Below, one piece after another: positions 26,712 through 36,542 of a stretch of DNA of 64,000 bases. The stretch is from an uncultured Eubacteriales bacterium (lineage in GTDB: Bacteria; Bacillota; Clostridia; Oscillospirales; UBA644). Each line of letters starts with the position of its first letter. Within the stretch, counting starts at the first letter, position 1. A model generated the notes under the pieces. It did not search any database, was not told the DNA's origin, and saw only the letters and a list, made by a program, of their open reading frames with translations. Where the stretch lies: the NCBI GenBank assembly GCA_905207625.1, contig CAJLLT010000001.1:8577-72576 (forward strand), in the 5' to 3' direction. The translations under genes and the position numbers were made by a program.

Positions 26712-27964
26712 TGCATTTCCTCCAGATATGACGCGGCAATGCTTTTCGCAGCAGCCATCGCCGTGGAAAAGGCTATCTGCAGATTAAAGCCGCCGGTATA
26801 CGCATGAACGTCAAGAACTTCCCCCACGAACCAGAGCCCGCCAACAAGTTTTGAGCCCATGGTTTTCGGATCTATCTGCCCCACTTCAACACCTCCGGCG
26901 GTGATGACCGCCTCTTCAACGGGGCGTGTCCCCCTGACAGTAAACGTAAGGTTTTTAAGAAGCGTCAGCAGATCCCTGCGCTGCCGCCTGGTGACGACAT
27001 TCACCTTCTCTTCCCCGGGAATACCGGAAAGGTCAACTATGACCGGAATCATCTTCGAAGGCAGAAGATCACCGAGACAGTTTGAAAAGTTCCTGTTTAT
27101 GTTAGCGGAAAAATCCGTAAGTAAGCGATTGTCGAGAGTTTTTTCGTCAAGAGCGGGCTTCAGGTCAAGCACAAGGCTGTCCCCCGGCATACAGTGAGCA
27201 CTGGCGGAAAGAATCGTGGGACCGGAAACACCGTAGTAAGTAAAAACCAGCTCCCCGAAATCCGAATATACGGGCTTGCCGTTGCGGAGTATTTTGACTC
27301 CGGTATTCTTCAGTGAAAGCCCCTCCAGACGTTTGCAGATATCAGTCTGCTCCAGTTCCAGCGGAACTATGCATGCGGAAAGAGGCGTCACGGTATGCCC
27401 GCACTGCCGGGCATACCCGTATCCGGCTCCGGTCGAACCGGTAAGAGGGTAAGATTTGCCCCCCGTTGCGACCGCAATCCGGGAAGAACGGAGTTCCCTG
27501 CCGTCCGACAGTCTGCATCCGGTCACATGTCCACCGTCGGAGATAATCTCTCTGACATCGCCGTGAACATGGGTTATGTCCGGTGCGGAACAGTATCTTT
27601 TAAGAGCATCCACAATGTCCGACGACTTGTCCGATACCGGGAAGACTCTGTTGCCCCTTTCTGTTTTGAGGGGAACGGAATGTTCACTGAAAAAGGACAT
27701 GGTGTCCTTTGACGAAAACTCGGAAAAGGCAGAGTAAAGAAAGCGACGGTTCGCTATCGTATTGGAAAGAAGGGTATCGCGGTCACAGTCATTGGTGACA
27801 TTGCATCTTCCCTTCCCGGTTATAAGCAGTTTTTTGCCGTATATCCGATTTTTTTCAACCAGACATATTCTCATTCCGGGGCAGAACTCCGCCACGGAAC
27901 CGGCACACATCATACCGGAAGCCCCCGCTCCGATAACTATGCAGTCAAAATTTTCACCACTCAC
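26708..27964 (-). CDS. FAD-dependent oxidoreductase, HI0933/YhiN (BaiN-like) family
   Basis: FDCIVIGAGASGMM dinucleotide motif; 418 aa; GTG start after GGAGGA. Confidence 0.8.
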   Translation of the reverse strand: MSGENFDCIVIGAGASGMMCAGSVAEFCPGMRICLVEKNRIYGKKLLITGKGRCNVTNDCDRDTLLSNTIANRRFLYSAFSEFSSKDTMSFFSEHSVPLKTERGNRVFPVSDKSSDIVDALKRYCSAPDITHVHGDVREIISDGGHVTGCRLSDGRELRSSRIAVATGGKSYPLTGSTGAGYGYARQCGHTVTPLSACIVPLELEQTDICKRLEGLSLKNTGVKILRNGKPVYSDFGELVFTYYGVSGPTILSASAHCMPGDSLVLDLKPALDEKTLDNRLLTDFSANINRNFSNCLGDLLPSKMIPVIVDLSGIPGEEKVNVVTRRQRRDLLTLLKNLTFTVRGTRPVEEAVITAGGVEVGQIDPKTMGSKLVGGLWFVGEVLDVHAYTGGFNLQIAFSTAMAAAKSIAASYLEEMQ

Positions 27965-28031
27965 CGCAAAGTCCTCCGTCGGGGGAGCTATAACGCTCCG
28001 GTTGAGCCGTCACAAATCTACTACGATATTA

Positions 28032-28060
28032 ATATTATCATTTTTCATGATAAAAATCAA
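28032..28060 (-). promoter_or_regulatory. candidate sigma-A promoter for the FAD-oxidoreductase/hutP-like/cmk string
   Basis: Minus strand reads TTGATT, 17 nt, TAATAT. Confidence 0.4.
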
Positions 28061-28108
28061 GCGCATTTACAGTAATATAGAAATTTTGCCGCAATTTTCA
28101 GCGTTTGT

Positions 28109-29284
28109 TCACAAATCTACCGCTTTTGTCCCGTCATCGGGACCATCCTTCGGAGCTTTCGGAGGTTTCGGACCGAGATACTGATAGTACTGGCATTGCA
28201 GGGCTCCGTTATACAGCTTTCTTCTCTTATCCGCCTTTCTGCCGAAAAGCCTCTCAAAAGACGGATGAGAGGTTATTATGTAATACGACCAGGTGTCAAG
28301 GGCGGAAAAGACCCGGCCCATCTGACCGTACAGCTTTTCCACCGCCCGGAGTTCGCCGACCCTCTCACCGTAAGGAGGATTTGTTATTATAAATCCATAC
28401 TTTTCCTTTGACGCGAGGTCAAGGACATTCATCTGCTTGAAAGTGACAAAATTTTCAACTCTCGCCTCTTTTGCGTGCAGCTGCGCAAGTTCGACGCATT
28501 TCGGATCAAGGTCGGAACCGAATACCGTATGGCGGCAATCATTGTTTATGGCACCGAAAGCCTCGGCACGGGCATGAGCCCACGCATCCCGGTTGAAAAT
28601 GCCATATTTTTCGGCAATAAAACTGCGCCGAAGCCCGGGCGCCTGATTTCTCGCGATCATCGCCGCCTCAATGGGTATCGTCCCGGTTCCGCAAAGGGGA
28701 TCCACAAGTATCCGCCCCTCTTTCCAGTAGGAAAGAAGAATGAGACTGCATGCAAGGGTCTCCTTTATCGGGGAATTACCCACTATACGGCGGTATCCCC
28801 TTTTATGAAGTCCGTCACCGCTTGTGTCAAGAACTATACGGACAATATCGTTGCGTATGCTGACCTCGATTTTGTATTTTACTCCGGTTTCGGGAAGTAT
28901 CTGACGGTTATACTTTTCTTTCAGTTTTTCCACTATCGCCTTTTTTGTTATCGCCTGGCAGTCGGGAACGCTGAAAAGCCCGCTCTTTACGGATTTTCCG
29001 GTAACCGGGAACTCCGCATCCTCAGGCAGTATGTCGCCCCAGGGAATAGCCTTTACCCCCTGGAAGAGCTCTTCGAAAGTCACAGCCCTGAACTGTCCGA
29101 GAAGGACGAAGACCCTTTCGGCGGTCCTCAGACATATATTGCACTTTGCGACTGCCGCCGAATCTCCCCGGAAGAGGATGCCCACCCCTTCCTCCACCCG
29201 CAGGTCGGTATATCCGAGATCGTTGAGTTCACGCTTTGTGACCGCTTCCACTCCGGAAGTGGTAGTTACGAGGATAGTAAACAA
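28109..29284 (-). CDS. THUMP-domain class I SAM-dependent RNA methyltransferase (UPF0020/YpsC-like)
   Basis: N-terminal THUMP-like region plus DPLCGTGT and ITNPPYGERVG motifs; TTG start. Confidence 0.8.
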   Translation of the reverse strand: MFTILVTTTSGVEAVTKRELNDLGYTDLRVEEGVGILFRGDSAAVAKCNICLRTAERVFVLLGQFRAVTFEELFQGVKAIPWGDILPEDAEFPVTGKSVKSGLFSVPDCQAITKKAIVEKLKEKYNRQILPETGVKYKIEVSIRNDIVRIVLDTSGDGLHKRGYRRIVGNSPIKETLACSLILLSYWKEGRILVDPLCGTGTIPIEAAMIARNQAPGLRRSFIAEKYGIFNRDAWAHARAEAFGAINNDCRHTVFGSDLDPKCVELAQLHAKEARVENFVTFKQMNVLDLASKEKYGFIITNPPYGERVGELRAVEKLYGQMGRVFSALDTWSYYIITSHPSFERLFGRKADKRRKLYNGALQCQYYQYLGPKPPKAPKDGPDDGTKAVDL

Positions 29285-29394
29285 ATTATGCTCCGTTCTC
29301 CGGCACGGGAACTGTTGCCCGGCGGATAATGTAGTATTTCAGACAAACATACCGGAACACCCCGTCGTCTGACGTGTTTCCGGTACAGAAAGAT

Positions 29395-29844
29395 TCACTC
29401 GGTTTTTTTCTTTTTCCGGGAAAAAACGAGTCTTGAAAAAAGTGCGGAAACCGCAAGCGCCATCGCCATGGAGAGGGCCGCAACGATGGGGTCGGTGCCG
29501 TAGGTTCTGAAGCCGTCATAGTCACGGGTTACAAGGCTGTACATGGTCCGGTATATCCCCAGTCCCGGAACGAGGGGGATCATCGCGGGGTAAATAAACA
29601 CGGTCGACGGGGCTTTGAGTACCCGGGCAAAAATATATGAGCCTATGGCAATGAACATCGAGGCGAAAAAATAACCCGCCGCAAGCTGCCCGGCAAGCAT
29701 ATCGAGCAGATCGAATATCACGTAGGCAAATCCGGAAAGCAGTGACGTTGCGGGAATGTTACGGTTGGGAACGCCGCTGAGCATGGAAAAGAACGCCGCG
29801 GCGAAAAACGAGGCAATAAAATCCTTGGCAATCGTCTCAATCAT
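29395..29844 (-). CDS. threonine/serine exporter family protein (ThrE_2/DUF3815-type subunit)
   Basis: 149 aa, 4-5 TM helices; ATGA-type overlap with the upstream ThrE-family gene. Confidence 0.7.
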   Translation of the reverse strand: MIETIAKDFIASFFAAAFFSMLSGVPNRNIPATSLLSGFAYVIFDLLDMLAGQLAAGYFFASMFIAIGSYIFARVLKAPSTVFIYPAMIPLVPGLGIYRTMYSLVTRDYDGFRTYGTDPIVAALSMAMALAVSALFSRLVFSRKKKKTE

Positions 29845-30635
29845 ACCGAACCTCCCAGAAGAGAGAATACTATCAGAACCACGCCCGCACCGAAAGCTAC
29901 TGCCACAGCCGTGACAAGAGCCTCCGCAAGCCGTGCCGTGCCGGAAACGAGATCCCCGAATATGGTATCCCTTATGGCATTTGTAAGGGCAAGCCCGCTC
30001 AGAAGCGGCATTATAACGCTTGAGATTACAAGATCAGTCCTGATGGAGGGGATTATCGCCGAGGAAAGAAGAGTCAGCGCCGCAGAGACCGCGCCCCCGG
30101 CAAAGGATACGGCAAAACCGTAAATGGATATCTTTTTGAGTTTGAACACCAGAGCCCCGGTAATGAAACCGCACAGTGCCGAAATAAGACACTCCGCCAG
30201 TCTGCCGCGGAAAAGCATGGCAAAGAAAAAAACTGAAAAAGCCGTAACAAGAGACACCGGCAGAAGTTTCTGATCCGGCTCCGCACTGTCAAGAAGCTCC
30301 AGATTATGCAGAGCCTCCTCCACATCTATGGACCCTTCAACATACAGGCGGGAGAGATTGTTTACAGCACAGACCTTCTGAAGGTTGACGGATCTCGTGC
30401 TCACACGGCGCACAGAGGAAAATATCGCTTCCCCGTCCTTCCTGACGGTAAGAAAAAGCCCCGTAGGCAACGAAAGAACGTCGCTTTCCGGATATCCCGA
30501 ACTGTCGAGGATACGATCCACGGTTTCCTCCACACGGGAAGTTTCCGCGCCGCTTTCAAGTAATATCAGTCCCGCAAGCTCGGCCATGCGTACCGCCGTC
30601 GAAACATCCTCGGATTTTATCTGAGTTGACTTCAT
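29841..30635 (-). CDS. threonine/serine exporter family protein (ThrE/DUF1212-type subunit)
   Basis: 264 aa with a soluble N-terminal half (GAETSRVEETV) followed by TM helices. Confidence 0.7.
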   Translation of the reverse strand: MKSTQIKSEDVSTAVRMAELAGLILLESGAETSRVEETVDRILDSSGYPESDVLSLPTGLFLTVRKDGEAIFSSVRRVSTRSVNLQKVCAVNNLSRLYVEGSIDVEEALHNLELLDSAEPDQKLLPVSLVTAFSVFFFAMLFRGRLAECLISALCGFITGALVFKLKKISIYGFAVSFAGGAVSAALTLLSSAIIPSIRTDLVISSVIMPLLSGLALTNAIRDTIFGDLVSGTARLAEALVTAVAVAFGAGVVLIVFSLLGGSV

Positions 30636-30659
30636 AAAAGCACCTCAAAATTTACTGTA

Positions 30660-30688
30660 CCCCTAGATTATACTACAAACAACGACAA
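30660..30688 (-). promoter_or_regulatory. candidate sigma-A promoter for the ThrE pair
   Basis: Minus strand reads TTGCTT, 17 nt, TATAAT. Confidence 0.4.
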
Positions 30689-30813
30689 AAAGCAATAAGA
30701 ATTATTGAAATAAATCCAATATTTTTCCTGCTGCCCGAAGCAATTTCCGGACAGACCCACCGACGGTTATCCGGAGCATAAAAAATCCCCCCGCCGAATA
30801 CAATCCGACGGAG

Positions 30814-31527
30814 GTGAGAGATTTGATAAGAATAATGACAGAGCAGACGGAAGATGTGACCTTCTGCAACATGAAACCGGTGATGGAGATCCGCATACAG
30901 TACCCTCAGATATCCGGGAGAGTCCGGGCAAGAACAGAGGAAGCATTCAACCGCAGATATCTCTCTTCAGCCCGGGAGGTAAACCGGTACGTGCACACCG
31001 TGCTCGCGGCTGAGGCCGCCCGGGAATACACCATGCTTTCGGCTCAGGCATTTCCTTTTTCCATGCACTCTTTCCGCCGTACACTGACTGTTTCCGCTGT
31101 TTCCGACCGGATATGCTGCGTCGTATTCGACACCTACCGCTACGGAGGCGGAGCAAGGGGAAACACCGTCAGAAGCACCGACATCTGGCGAATGGACGGG
31201 ACGTGCGCAATTTCGGCACTGTCTCTGTTTCCCCGCGGTTTCAATCTCAGAAAAGCCTTCCTGCCCCATATTACCCGGCAGTTCCGGGCTCTGCCCCCGG
31301 AAACGATTCTTCCCGGAGCGGAGCGGGCTCTTTCTGAACTTTTTTCTCCGGCAAACGTAGCTCTGACAGACAAAGGTTTCGAAGTATTCTACCCCGTCTG
31401 CTCTATCCGCCCGTATGACTGCGGTATTCCCTGCTTCAATATCCCGTACTGCGCCGAGGAACTCCGTTATGCCGACGGTTCCGATATGCGGGAAGTAGAA
31501 TTTTTCCGCACCGGATCAGAACTTTAA
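30814..31527 (+). CDS. DUF4163/DUF3298-like domain protein (RsiV C-terminal-like)
   Basis: IQYPQISG and FEVFYPVCSIRPYDCGIPCFNIPY resemble the family motifs. The start is uncertain (GTG 30814, TTG 30823 or ATG 30835). Confidence 0.55.
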   Translation: MRDLIRIMTEQTEDVTFCNMKPVMEIRIQYPQISGRVRARTEEAFNRRYLSSAREVNRYVHTVLAAEAAREYTMLSAQAFPFSMHSFRRTLTVSAVSDRICCVVFDTYRYGGGARGNTVRSTDIWRMDGTCAISALSLFPRGFNLRKAFLPHITRQFRALPPETILPGAERALSELFSPANVALTDKGFEVFYPVCSIRPYDCGIPCFNIPYCAEELRYADGSDMREVEFFRTGSEL

Positions 31528-31815
31528 AGCTTTTTCAAGTGCCCGGATCAGAGATTCCTCCGTCGGATGCCCCTCATGAAGTTTTATCCACTGAAAAACT
31601 TTGTGCCCTGCAAATTCCTCTTTCCGGCATACAAATACCGCCGGAAGGAAAATGTAATCATACCCGTCCGAGAGTGAAGCGTTTGTTTTTTCATCAAGAA
31701 ATTCGGCTGAAACGTCTTCAAATTTCTCATTTTCAGCCAGAAGCCGCAGAATTACATCCTTTGCGTACTCGCAATCCGGATCATCTGCGGCGATAAATAT
31801 TCTCAGTTTTATCAT
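31516..31815 (-). CDS. small thioredoxin-fold-like protein, unknown function
   Basis: About 100 aa from the ATG at 31815 (MIKLRIFIAADDPDCEY...). It has a single Cys where a CxxC would be expected. The longer track ORF is unlikely, and the SD is weak. Confidence 0.35.
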   Translation of the reverse strand: MIKLRIFIAADDPDCEYAKDVILRLLAENEKFEDVSAEFLDEKTNASLSDGYDYIFLPAVFVCRKEEFAGHKVFQWIKLHEGHPTEESLIRALEKALKF

Positions 31816-32028
31816 TTGTATCTGTAGCCGTCCGTAATTGTCCCGGTAAAATTTAACCACAACACTATACCACACCGGGACAGGTATGTCAACAACGGGA
31901 TACCGTGTTACGATTTTTGTGCGCAAAGTTTGTCAAAATGGGGAAAAATAGACCCTACCTGTTGACTTTTTTCCCTTATGAATGTATAATGATCCGGGAA
32001 TATTTTACAAAGAAGAAAACGAGAAATT

Positions 32029-32664
32029 ATGAAGACCGTAATATTTGACGTTGACGGTGTACTGCTGGATTCGGAACCGGTCATCACCGCCGCTTCGGTA
32101 CAGGCACTTAAGGAATACGGAATACAGGCCGACCCGGGGGATTTCAGACAGTTTGCAGGTATGGGCGATGATATCTATATAGGAGGAGTCGCCCGTCTCC
32201 ATGGCGGAGAGTATGTCCCGGAAATGAAGGCCAGGGCGTATGAGATATATGCGGAAATTGCGGAAAAACAGGCCGTCGTTTATCCCGGGGTTCTTCCCCT
32301 TATGGACTATCTTCGGCAACACGGGTATACTCTTGCCGTCGCTTCGGCGTCCGACAGTTTCAAGGTAATGCTAAATCTTCGCACCGTGGGAGCCGGACCG
32401 GAACGTTTTGCGGCAATACTTACGGGAAGCGACGTGTCAAGGAAAAAACCTTTCCCCGACATATATCTGGAAGCGGCCCGGAAAGCCGGAGCAAAACCGG
32501 AGGAATGTACCGTTATCGAAGATTCGCTTGCGGGAGTACAGGCGGCGAAAAATGCCGGAATGCGGTGCATTGCCGTAACAAACACGTTTTCCGCGGACAA
32601 GCTTGTTCAGGCCGGAGCGGACTTCGTCTTCGACCGCATAGATGACGCCGAAACAATACTGTAA
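32029..32664 (+). CDS. HAD-superfamily hydrolase (phosphatase, subfamily IA)
   Basis: IFDVDGVLLDSE and EDSLAGVQAAKNAGM motifs. Confidence 0.85.
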   Translation: MKTVIFDVDGVLLDSEPVITAASVQALKEYGIQADPGDFRQFAGMGDDIYIGGVARLHGGEYVPEMKARAYEIYAEIAEKQAVVYPGVLPLMDYLRQHGYTLAVASASDSFKVMLNLRTVGAGPERFAAILTGSDVSRKKPFPDIYLEAARKAGAKPEECTVIEDSLAGVQAAKNAGMRCIAVTNTFSADKLVQAGADFVFDRIDDAETIL

Positions 32665-32698
32665 AGGAAAATAATTTTACATACACCGGAGGACACTT

Positions 32699-35071
32699 AT
32701 GGCAAAAAAGACAAAAGCCCTGGCGGGAGCGGACGAGAATACCCCCTCCAGATCCCAGTATTTTTCCTGGATCAACAACACAAATGAGGGCTCGACGGAA
32801 AAACAGACACTTATAAACCTGGACTACTTCAAATGGTTGCACGACAAGTACGGAATGCAGCTTGACATCTACGCCTGGGATGCGGGCAACCTGGACGGAG
32901 CCGGAATGGCTTACTGGAGTCCGGATTCGGCAAAAATAAAGGCTCAGTATCCCAATGACTATGCTCCCCTCGCGAAAGCTGCGGCTGAAATGGGAACCCG
33001 TCTCGGCATATGGGGCGGACCTGACGGTTTCGGAGACACTCCCGAGCAGGAGGCGCAGAGAAAAGAACGCATTATTTCCCTTTGCCGTGACTACAACTTC
33101 GCACTCTTCAAACTGGACGGGGTATGCGGTGACGTCCGCAAGGAAAAGGTGGACGCTTTCTGCGAAGAAATGACGGAATGCCGCAAATACTGCCCCGATC
33201 TTATAGTGCTCAATCACCGTCTCTGGCTCGGAGGAAAAGGACTCAAGCACGCCACAACCTTCCTCTGGCAGGGCGGAGAGACCTATGTTGACGTTCACAC
33301 CTGCAACTGGAGAAACGCACCCCACCACAGAGCCTTTATCTTCACCAGAGGCAATGTCCCGGGACTGAAGAGACTGGCTGAGGACCACGGCGTCTGTATC
33401 TCCTCCTGCATTGACTATTTTGAAGATGATATGATCTTCCAGGCGTTCGGCAGATGCCTTATCCTGGCGCCTGAGGTATACGGAAACCCCTGGCTGATGA
33501 GGGACGATGAACATGCCCACATGGCGCATATCTATAACCTGCATAAGAGATATTCCGATATCCTCGTCAAGGGTATGCTCCTTCCCGAAAAATACGGACT
33601 GAACGCCGTCTCCAGAGGCAGCCGGAACCACCGTTTCCTCGTTCTCGGAAACCCCACCTGGAAACCTCTGACCGTAAAAATGAAGCTGGACAAAGAGATC
33701 GGTCTCCAGAAATGCAAGGGTGTAAGTGTCCGTCTTCGTCACCCCTTCGAGCAGTATATCGGCGAGTTCGAATACGGAAAGACCGCAACCGTTACCGTGG
33801 AACCCTTCCGTGCCGCCCTGGTGGAGGTATGTGCGGCGGATATCGCCGAGCCGATGCTCACAAACTGCGAATATGAGGTTCTCCACGACACAAAGGGAAC
33901 GCCGGACAAGATAAAAATAGTAAGTGTGAGCGGTAAAGTCGAATATACCGACGGCAGACCGTTTGCACCTGCGGACGGTGTTCTTCCCTTCGACAACACA
34001 AACAGGGTTCCCGTAAAACTCGGAACAACCAAAAAGTGTGCCGTTCCGAAAAACGCGGAACAGATATACGAAACGACCCTCTTCGCATCGGACAACGACT
34101 CCTTTGAAGCCCGCTCACTGCGCCGTTCCGGCGAGACTGAGATCCCCTGCGTAAAAGCGGCAAGAGACGCTTTCTTCAACCAGGAAACCTATATTGTCAG
34201 AGGCTGTGAGGGCAGATATGCCTTCGACGGCAATAAGGACACTTTCTTTGACGGTCAGTCCCGCTACTACCACTACCTGCGTATGGACGGAGGCTGTCTC
34301 AGAGTCGATTTCGGAGACGTTTACACCGCGGACGAAGTACTCATAGAATACTTTGACGTAAACAAGAACGAGCAGACCCCCGAAGCAAAATGCAATATCC
34401 TCCCCCCCGAAGGAACCTTCGGAACGGACCTTATAAACTGGGACAAGACGACCATCGGAACCGTCAGCGAAGTGGAAAAGACCACCTGCAAGGCAACCCT
34501 GGACAGAGTCCATACCGCTTACACCGTGGGCGGAACAAGAAAGGTCGTAACCTATCCCATAAACGGCAAAATACGTTACCTCAGACTTCCCTGCCCCATG
34601 GACAGGATCTACAAGATAGCACTCGTCCGTGACGGAAAAGAGCTTGAACTGAAGAATCCCAAGGTTTCCAATCTGTTGCCTGACTACAGCGTTCATCCCG
34701 CCACTGCGGCACAGAAAACCACGGTTCACATTGACGGAAAGCTCCTGCGTAAAGACTCCTTCCTTGCCATCGGCGTAGACGGTATCCACGGCAGAGACGC
34801 AGTGTTTGCGGCAGTGAAGATCGGAGATAAATTCTACGGCTGTCCCGACCGTGCGGCATCCTACAGGGTAAACATGTGGGAATTCCGCGCCTCCCCCATA
34901 GACAGGGCTTACACCTACTACCTGCCTGTAACTGCCGAGATGGCAGATAAGGATGCTGAGATCTGGGTGATCTGGACCAAGCAGACTAAGGAAGAGATAA
35001 ACTACAACTGCAAAGTCTGGCTCTGTGACGGAAATGAGGAAAAACAGGGGATCGTTGCAGATATTCAGTAA
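32699..35071 (+). CDS. large cytoplasmic glycoside-hydrolase-like protein (clan GH-D-like barrel plus discoidin/F5-8-C-like domain), family unassigned
   Basis: 790 aa with no signal peptide. FALFKLDGV resembles the K-x-D motif of alpha-galactosidase-type barrels. YAFDGNKDTFFDG...LRVDFG resembles a discoidin domain. GGAGGA SD. Confidence 0.5.
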   Translation: MAKKTKALAGADENTPSRSQYFSWINNTNEGSTEKQTLINLDYFKWLHDKYGMQLDIYAWDAGNLDGAGMAYWSPDSAKIKAQYPNDYAPLAKAAAEMGTRLGIWGGPDGFGDTPEQEAQRKERIISLCRDYNFALFKLDGVCGDVRKEKVDAFCEEMTECRKYCPDLIVLNHRLWLGGKGLKHATTFLWQGGETYVDVHTCNWRNAPHHRAFIFTRGNVPGLKRLAEDHGVCISSCIDYFEDDMIFQAFGRCLILAPEVYGNPWLMRDDEHAHMAHIYNLHKRYSDILVKGMLLPEKYGLNAVSRGSRNHRFLVLGNPTWKPLTVKMKLDKEIGLQKCKGVSVRLRHPFEQYIGEFEYGKTATVTVEPFRAALVEVCAADIAEPMLTNCEYEVLHDTKGTPDKIKIVSVSGKVEYTDGRPFAPADGVLPFDNTNRVPVKLGTTKKCAVPKNAEQIYETTLFASDNDSFEARSLRRSGETEIPCVKAARDAFFNQETYIVRGCEGRYAFDGNKDTFFDGQSRYYHYLRMDGGCLRVDFGDVYTADEVLIEYFDVNKNEQTPEAKCNILPPEGTFGTDLINWDKTTIGTVSEVEKTTCKATLDRVHTAYTVGGTRKVVTYPINGKIRYLRLPCPMDRIYKIALVRDGKELELKNPKVSNLLPDYSVHPATAAQKTTVHIDGKLLRKDSFLAIGVDGIHGRDAVFAAVKIGDKFYGCPDRAASYRVNMWEFRASPIDRAYTYYLPVTAEMADKDAEIWVIWTKQTKEEINYNCKVWLCDGNEEKQGIVADIQ

Positions 35072-35105
35072 TTCCCGGGCTCAAAACAGAAAAGAAATGA
35101 TCGGA

Positions 35106-35146
35106 ACTGTCCGCAGGGTGCCTGTCGCCCTGCGGACAGTCTTTTT
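35106..35146 (+). terminator. intrinsic terminator after the GH-like gene
   Basis: 13-bp stem ACTGTCCGCAGGG / CCCTGCGGACAGT followed by CTTTTT. Confidence 0.8.
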
Positions 35147-35228
35147 CGGCCGTGAGGAAAAATCTATTGCTTTTTCCGGAAAAGTGTGCTATACTTTTGG
35201 TAACAAATACCGAAATGAGGAAGAAAAA

Positions 35229-36542
35229 ATGGAAAAAAACTCTTCGGCAAAACTAAACTATACCCGGACGTTTTTTATCGGACTGGCGTTCATGTCCATA
35301 TGTGCCTTCTGGCAGCTGTATGACAATGCCGTACCGAAAATGCTTGAGCAGACCTTCGGCATGGGAGAAACAAAAGTGGGAATAATCATGGCAATGGATA
35401 ATATTCTCGCAATATTTCTCCTTCCCGTATTCGGAACACTTTCCGACAGGGTCCGTTCGCCCATCGGCAGACGTATGCCTTTCATCATCGGAGGAACCGT
35501 TGCCGCCGTGGCTCTTACAGTGCTTCTTCCTTTTGCGGATCAGCTGAAGAATCTTCCCCTTTTCATAGTGACCCTTTTTATGCTCCTCCTGGCAATGAGC
35601 ACATACCGTTCGCCGGCTGTCGCACTTATGCCCGATCTTACCCCGAAGCCGCTGAGAAGCAAGGCGAATGCTGTTATAAACCTGATGGGTGCAGTGGGCG
35701 GAGTGTTCTCCCTTGCAATGATATCCCTTTTCAAGCCCTCCGAAAACGGAACGTATGTTCCGGTATACATAGCGCTTGCGGTATTTATGGCACTTTGCGT
35801 GGCGGTTCTCGTAATAACTGTCCCCGAAAAGAAAATTGCCGCTCAGGTGGGAGTTTACGATGAAAAAGAATCTCCGGAACAGTCTTCAAAGGAACCCCTT
35901 CCCAAAAATGTGAAAAAAAGTCTTGTTTTCCTTCTTGCTTCCATAGTTCTCTGGTTTTTCGCGTACAATGCGGTCACGACAGCATTTTCCCGCTATACCG
36001 CCGCGGTATGGGCTGACACCACCGACGCTTACTCCGGTTATCTTATGGCAGCGACGATATTCGCAACAGTATCATACCTGCCTATAGGCATTATCTCCTC
36101 GAAAATCGGCAGAAAAAAGGTCATTATGGGCGGAGTTGTGACTATGACCGCAGCCTTCATCATTGCCTTCTTCCTTACCTCGGTAAACCCGGTTGCTTAT
36201 GTGGCTTTTGCCCTGGTGGGAATCGGCTGGGCGGCGATAAACGTTAACTCCTTCCCCATGGTAGTGGAAATGAGCAAGGGGGCGGATGTCGGACGGTATA
36301 CCGGCATATACTATACCTGCTCCATGGCGGCACAGATAGCGACCCCGATAATCTCCGGGGCTCTTATAGAGCTGGTTTCCGATAAGTACGGCGATGCCGC
36401 GGGGTACAGGACCCTCTTCCCCTATGCGGCGATATTCTCCGCACTGGCTCTTATTACAATGGCTTTTGTACGGCACGGAGACAGCCGTCCGGAAGCAAAG
36501 AAAAGTAAACTTGAATATATCGGCGAGGTAGACAACGACTGA
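35229..36542 (+). CDS. MFS transporter (GPH/SLC45-like glycoside symporter type)
   Basis: 12-TM profile with LSDRVRSPIGRRMPFIIGG loop motif; ATG at 35229 follows GAGGAAG. The 5' part of the track ORF spans the terminator and is not coding. Confidence 0.8.
   Translation: MEKNSSAKLNYTRTFFIGLAFMSICAFWQLYDNAVPKMLEQTFGMGETKVGIIMAMDNILAIFLLPVFGTLSDRVRSPIGRRMPFIIGGTVAAVALTVLLPFADQLKNLPLFIVTLFMLLLAMSTYRSPAVALMPDLTPKPLRSKANAVINLMGAVGGVFSLAMISLFKPSENGTYVPVYIALAVFMALCVAVLVITVPEKKIAAQVGVYDEKESPEQSSKEPLPKNVKKSLVFLLASIVLWFFAYNAVTTAFSRYTAAVWADTTDAYSGYLMAATIFATVSYLPIGIISSKIGRKKVIMGGVVTMTAAFIIAFFLTSVNPVAYVAFALVGIGWAAINVNSFPMVVEMSKGADVGRYTGIYYTCSMAAQIATPIISGALIELVSDKYGDAAGYRTLFPYAAIFSALALITMAFVRHGDSRPEAKKSKLEYIGEVDND

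Noticed and set aside
27965-28108. HutP-type UAG-repeat binding site in the leader of the FAD-oxidoreductase/hutP-like string
   Set aside because: Only an adjacent UAGUAG plus one distant UAG are present. The two sets of three UAG triplets with ~4-nt spacers required for HutP binding are absent.
32513-33886. 457-aa ORF antisense to the GH-like gene
   Set aside because: It is in phase with the sense gene (register 2 mod 3). It also crosses the HAD/GH intergenic gap without an RBS. It is a shadow ORF caused by codon bias.
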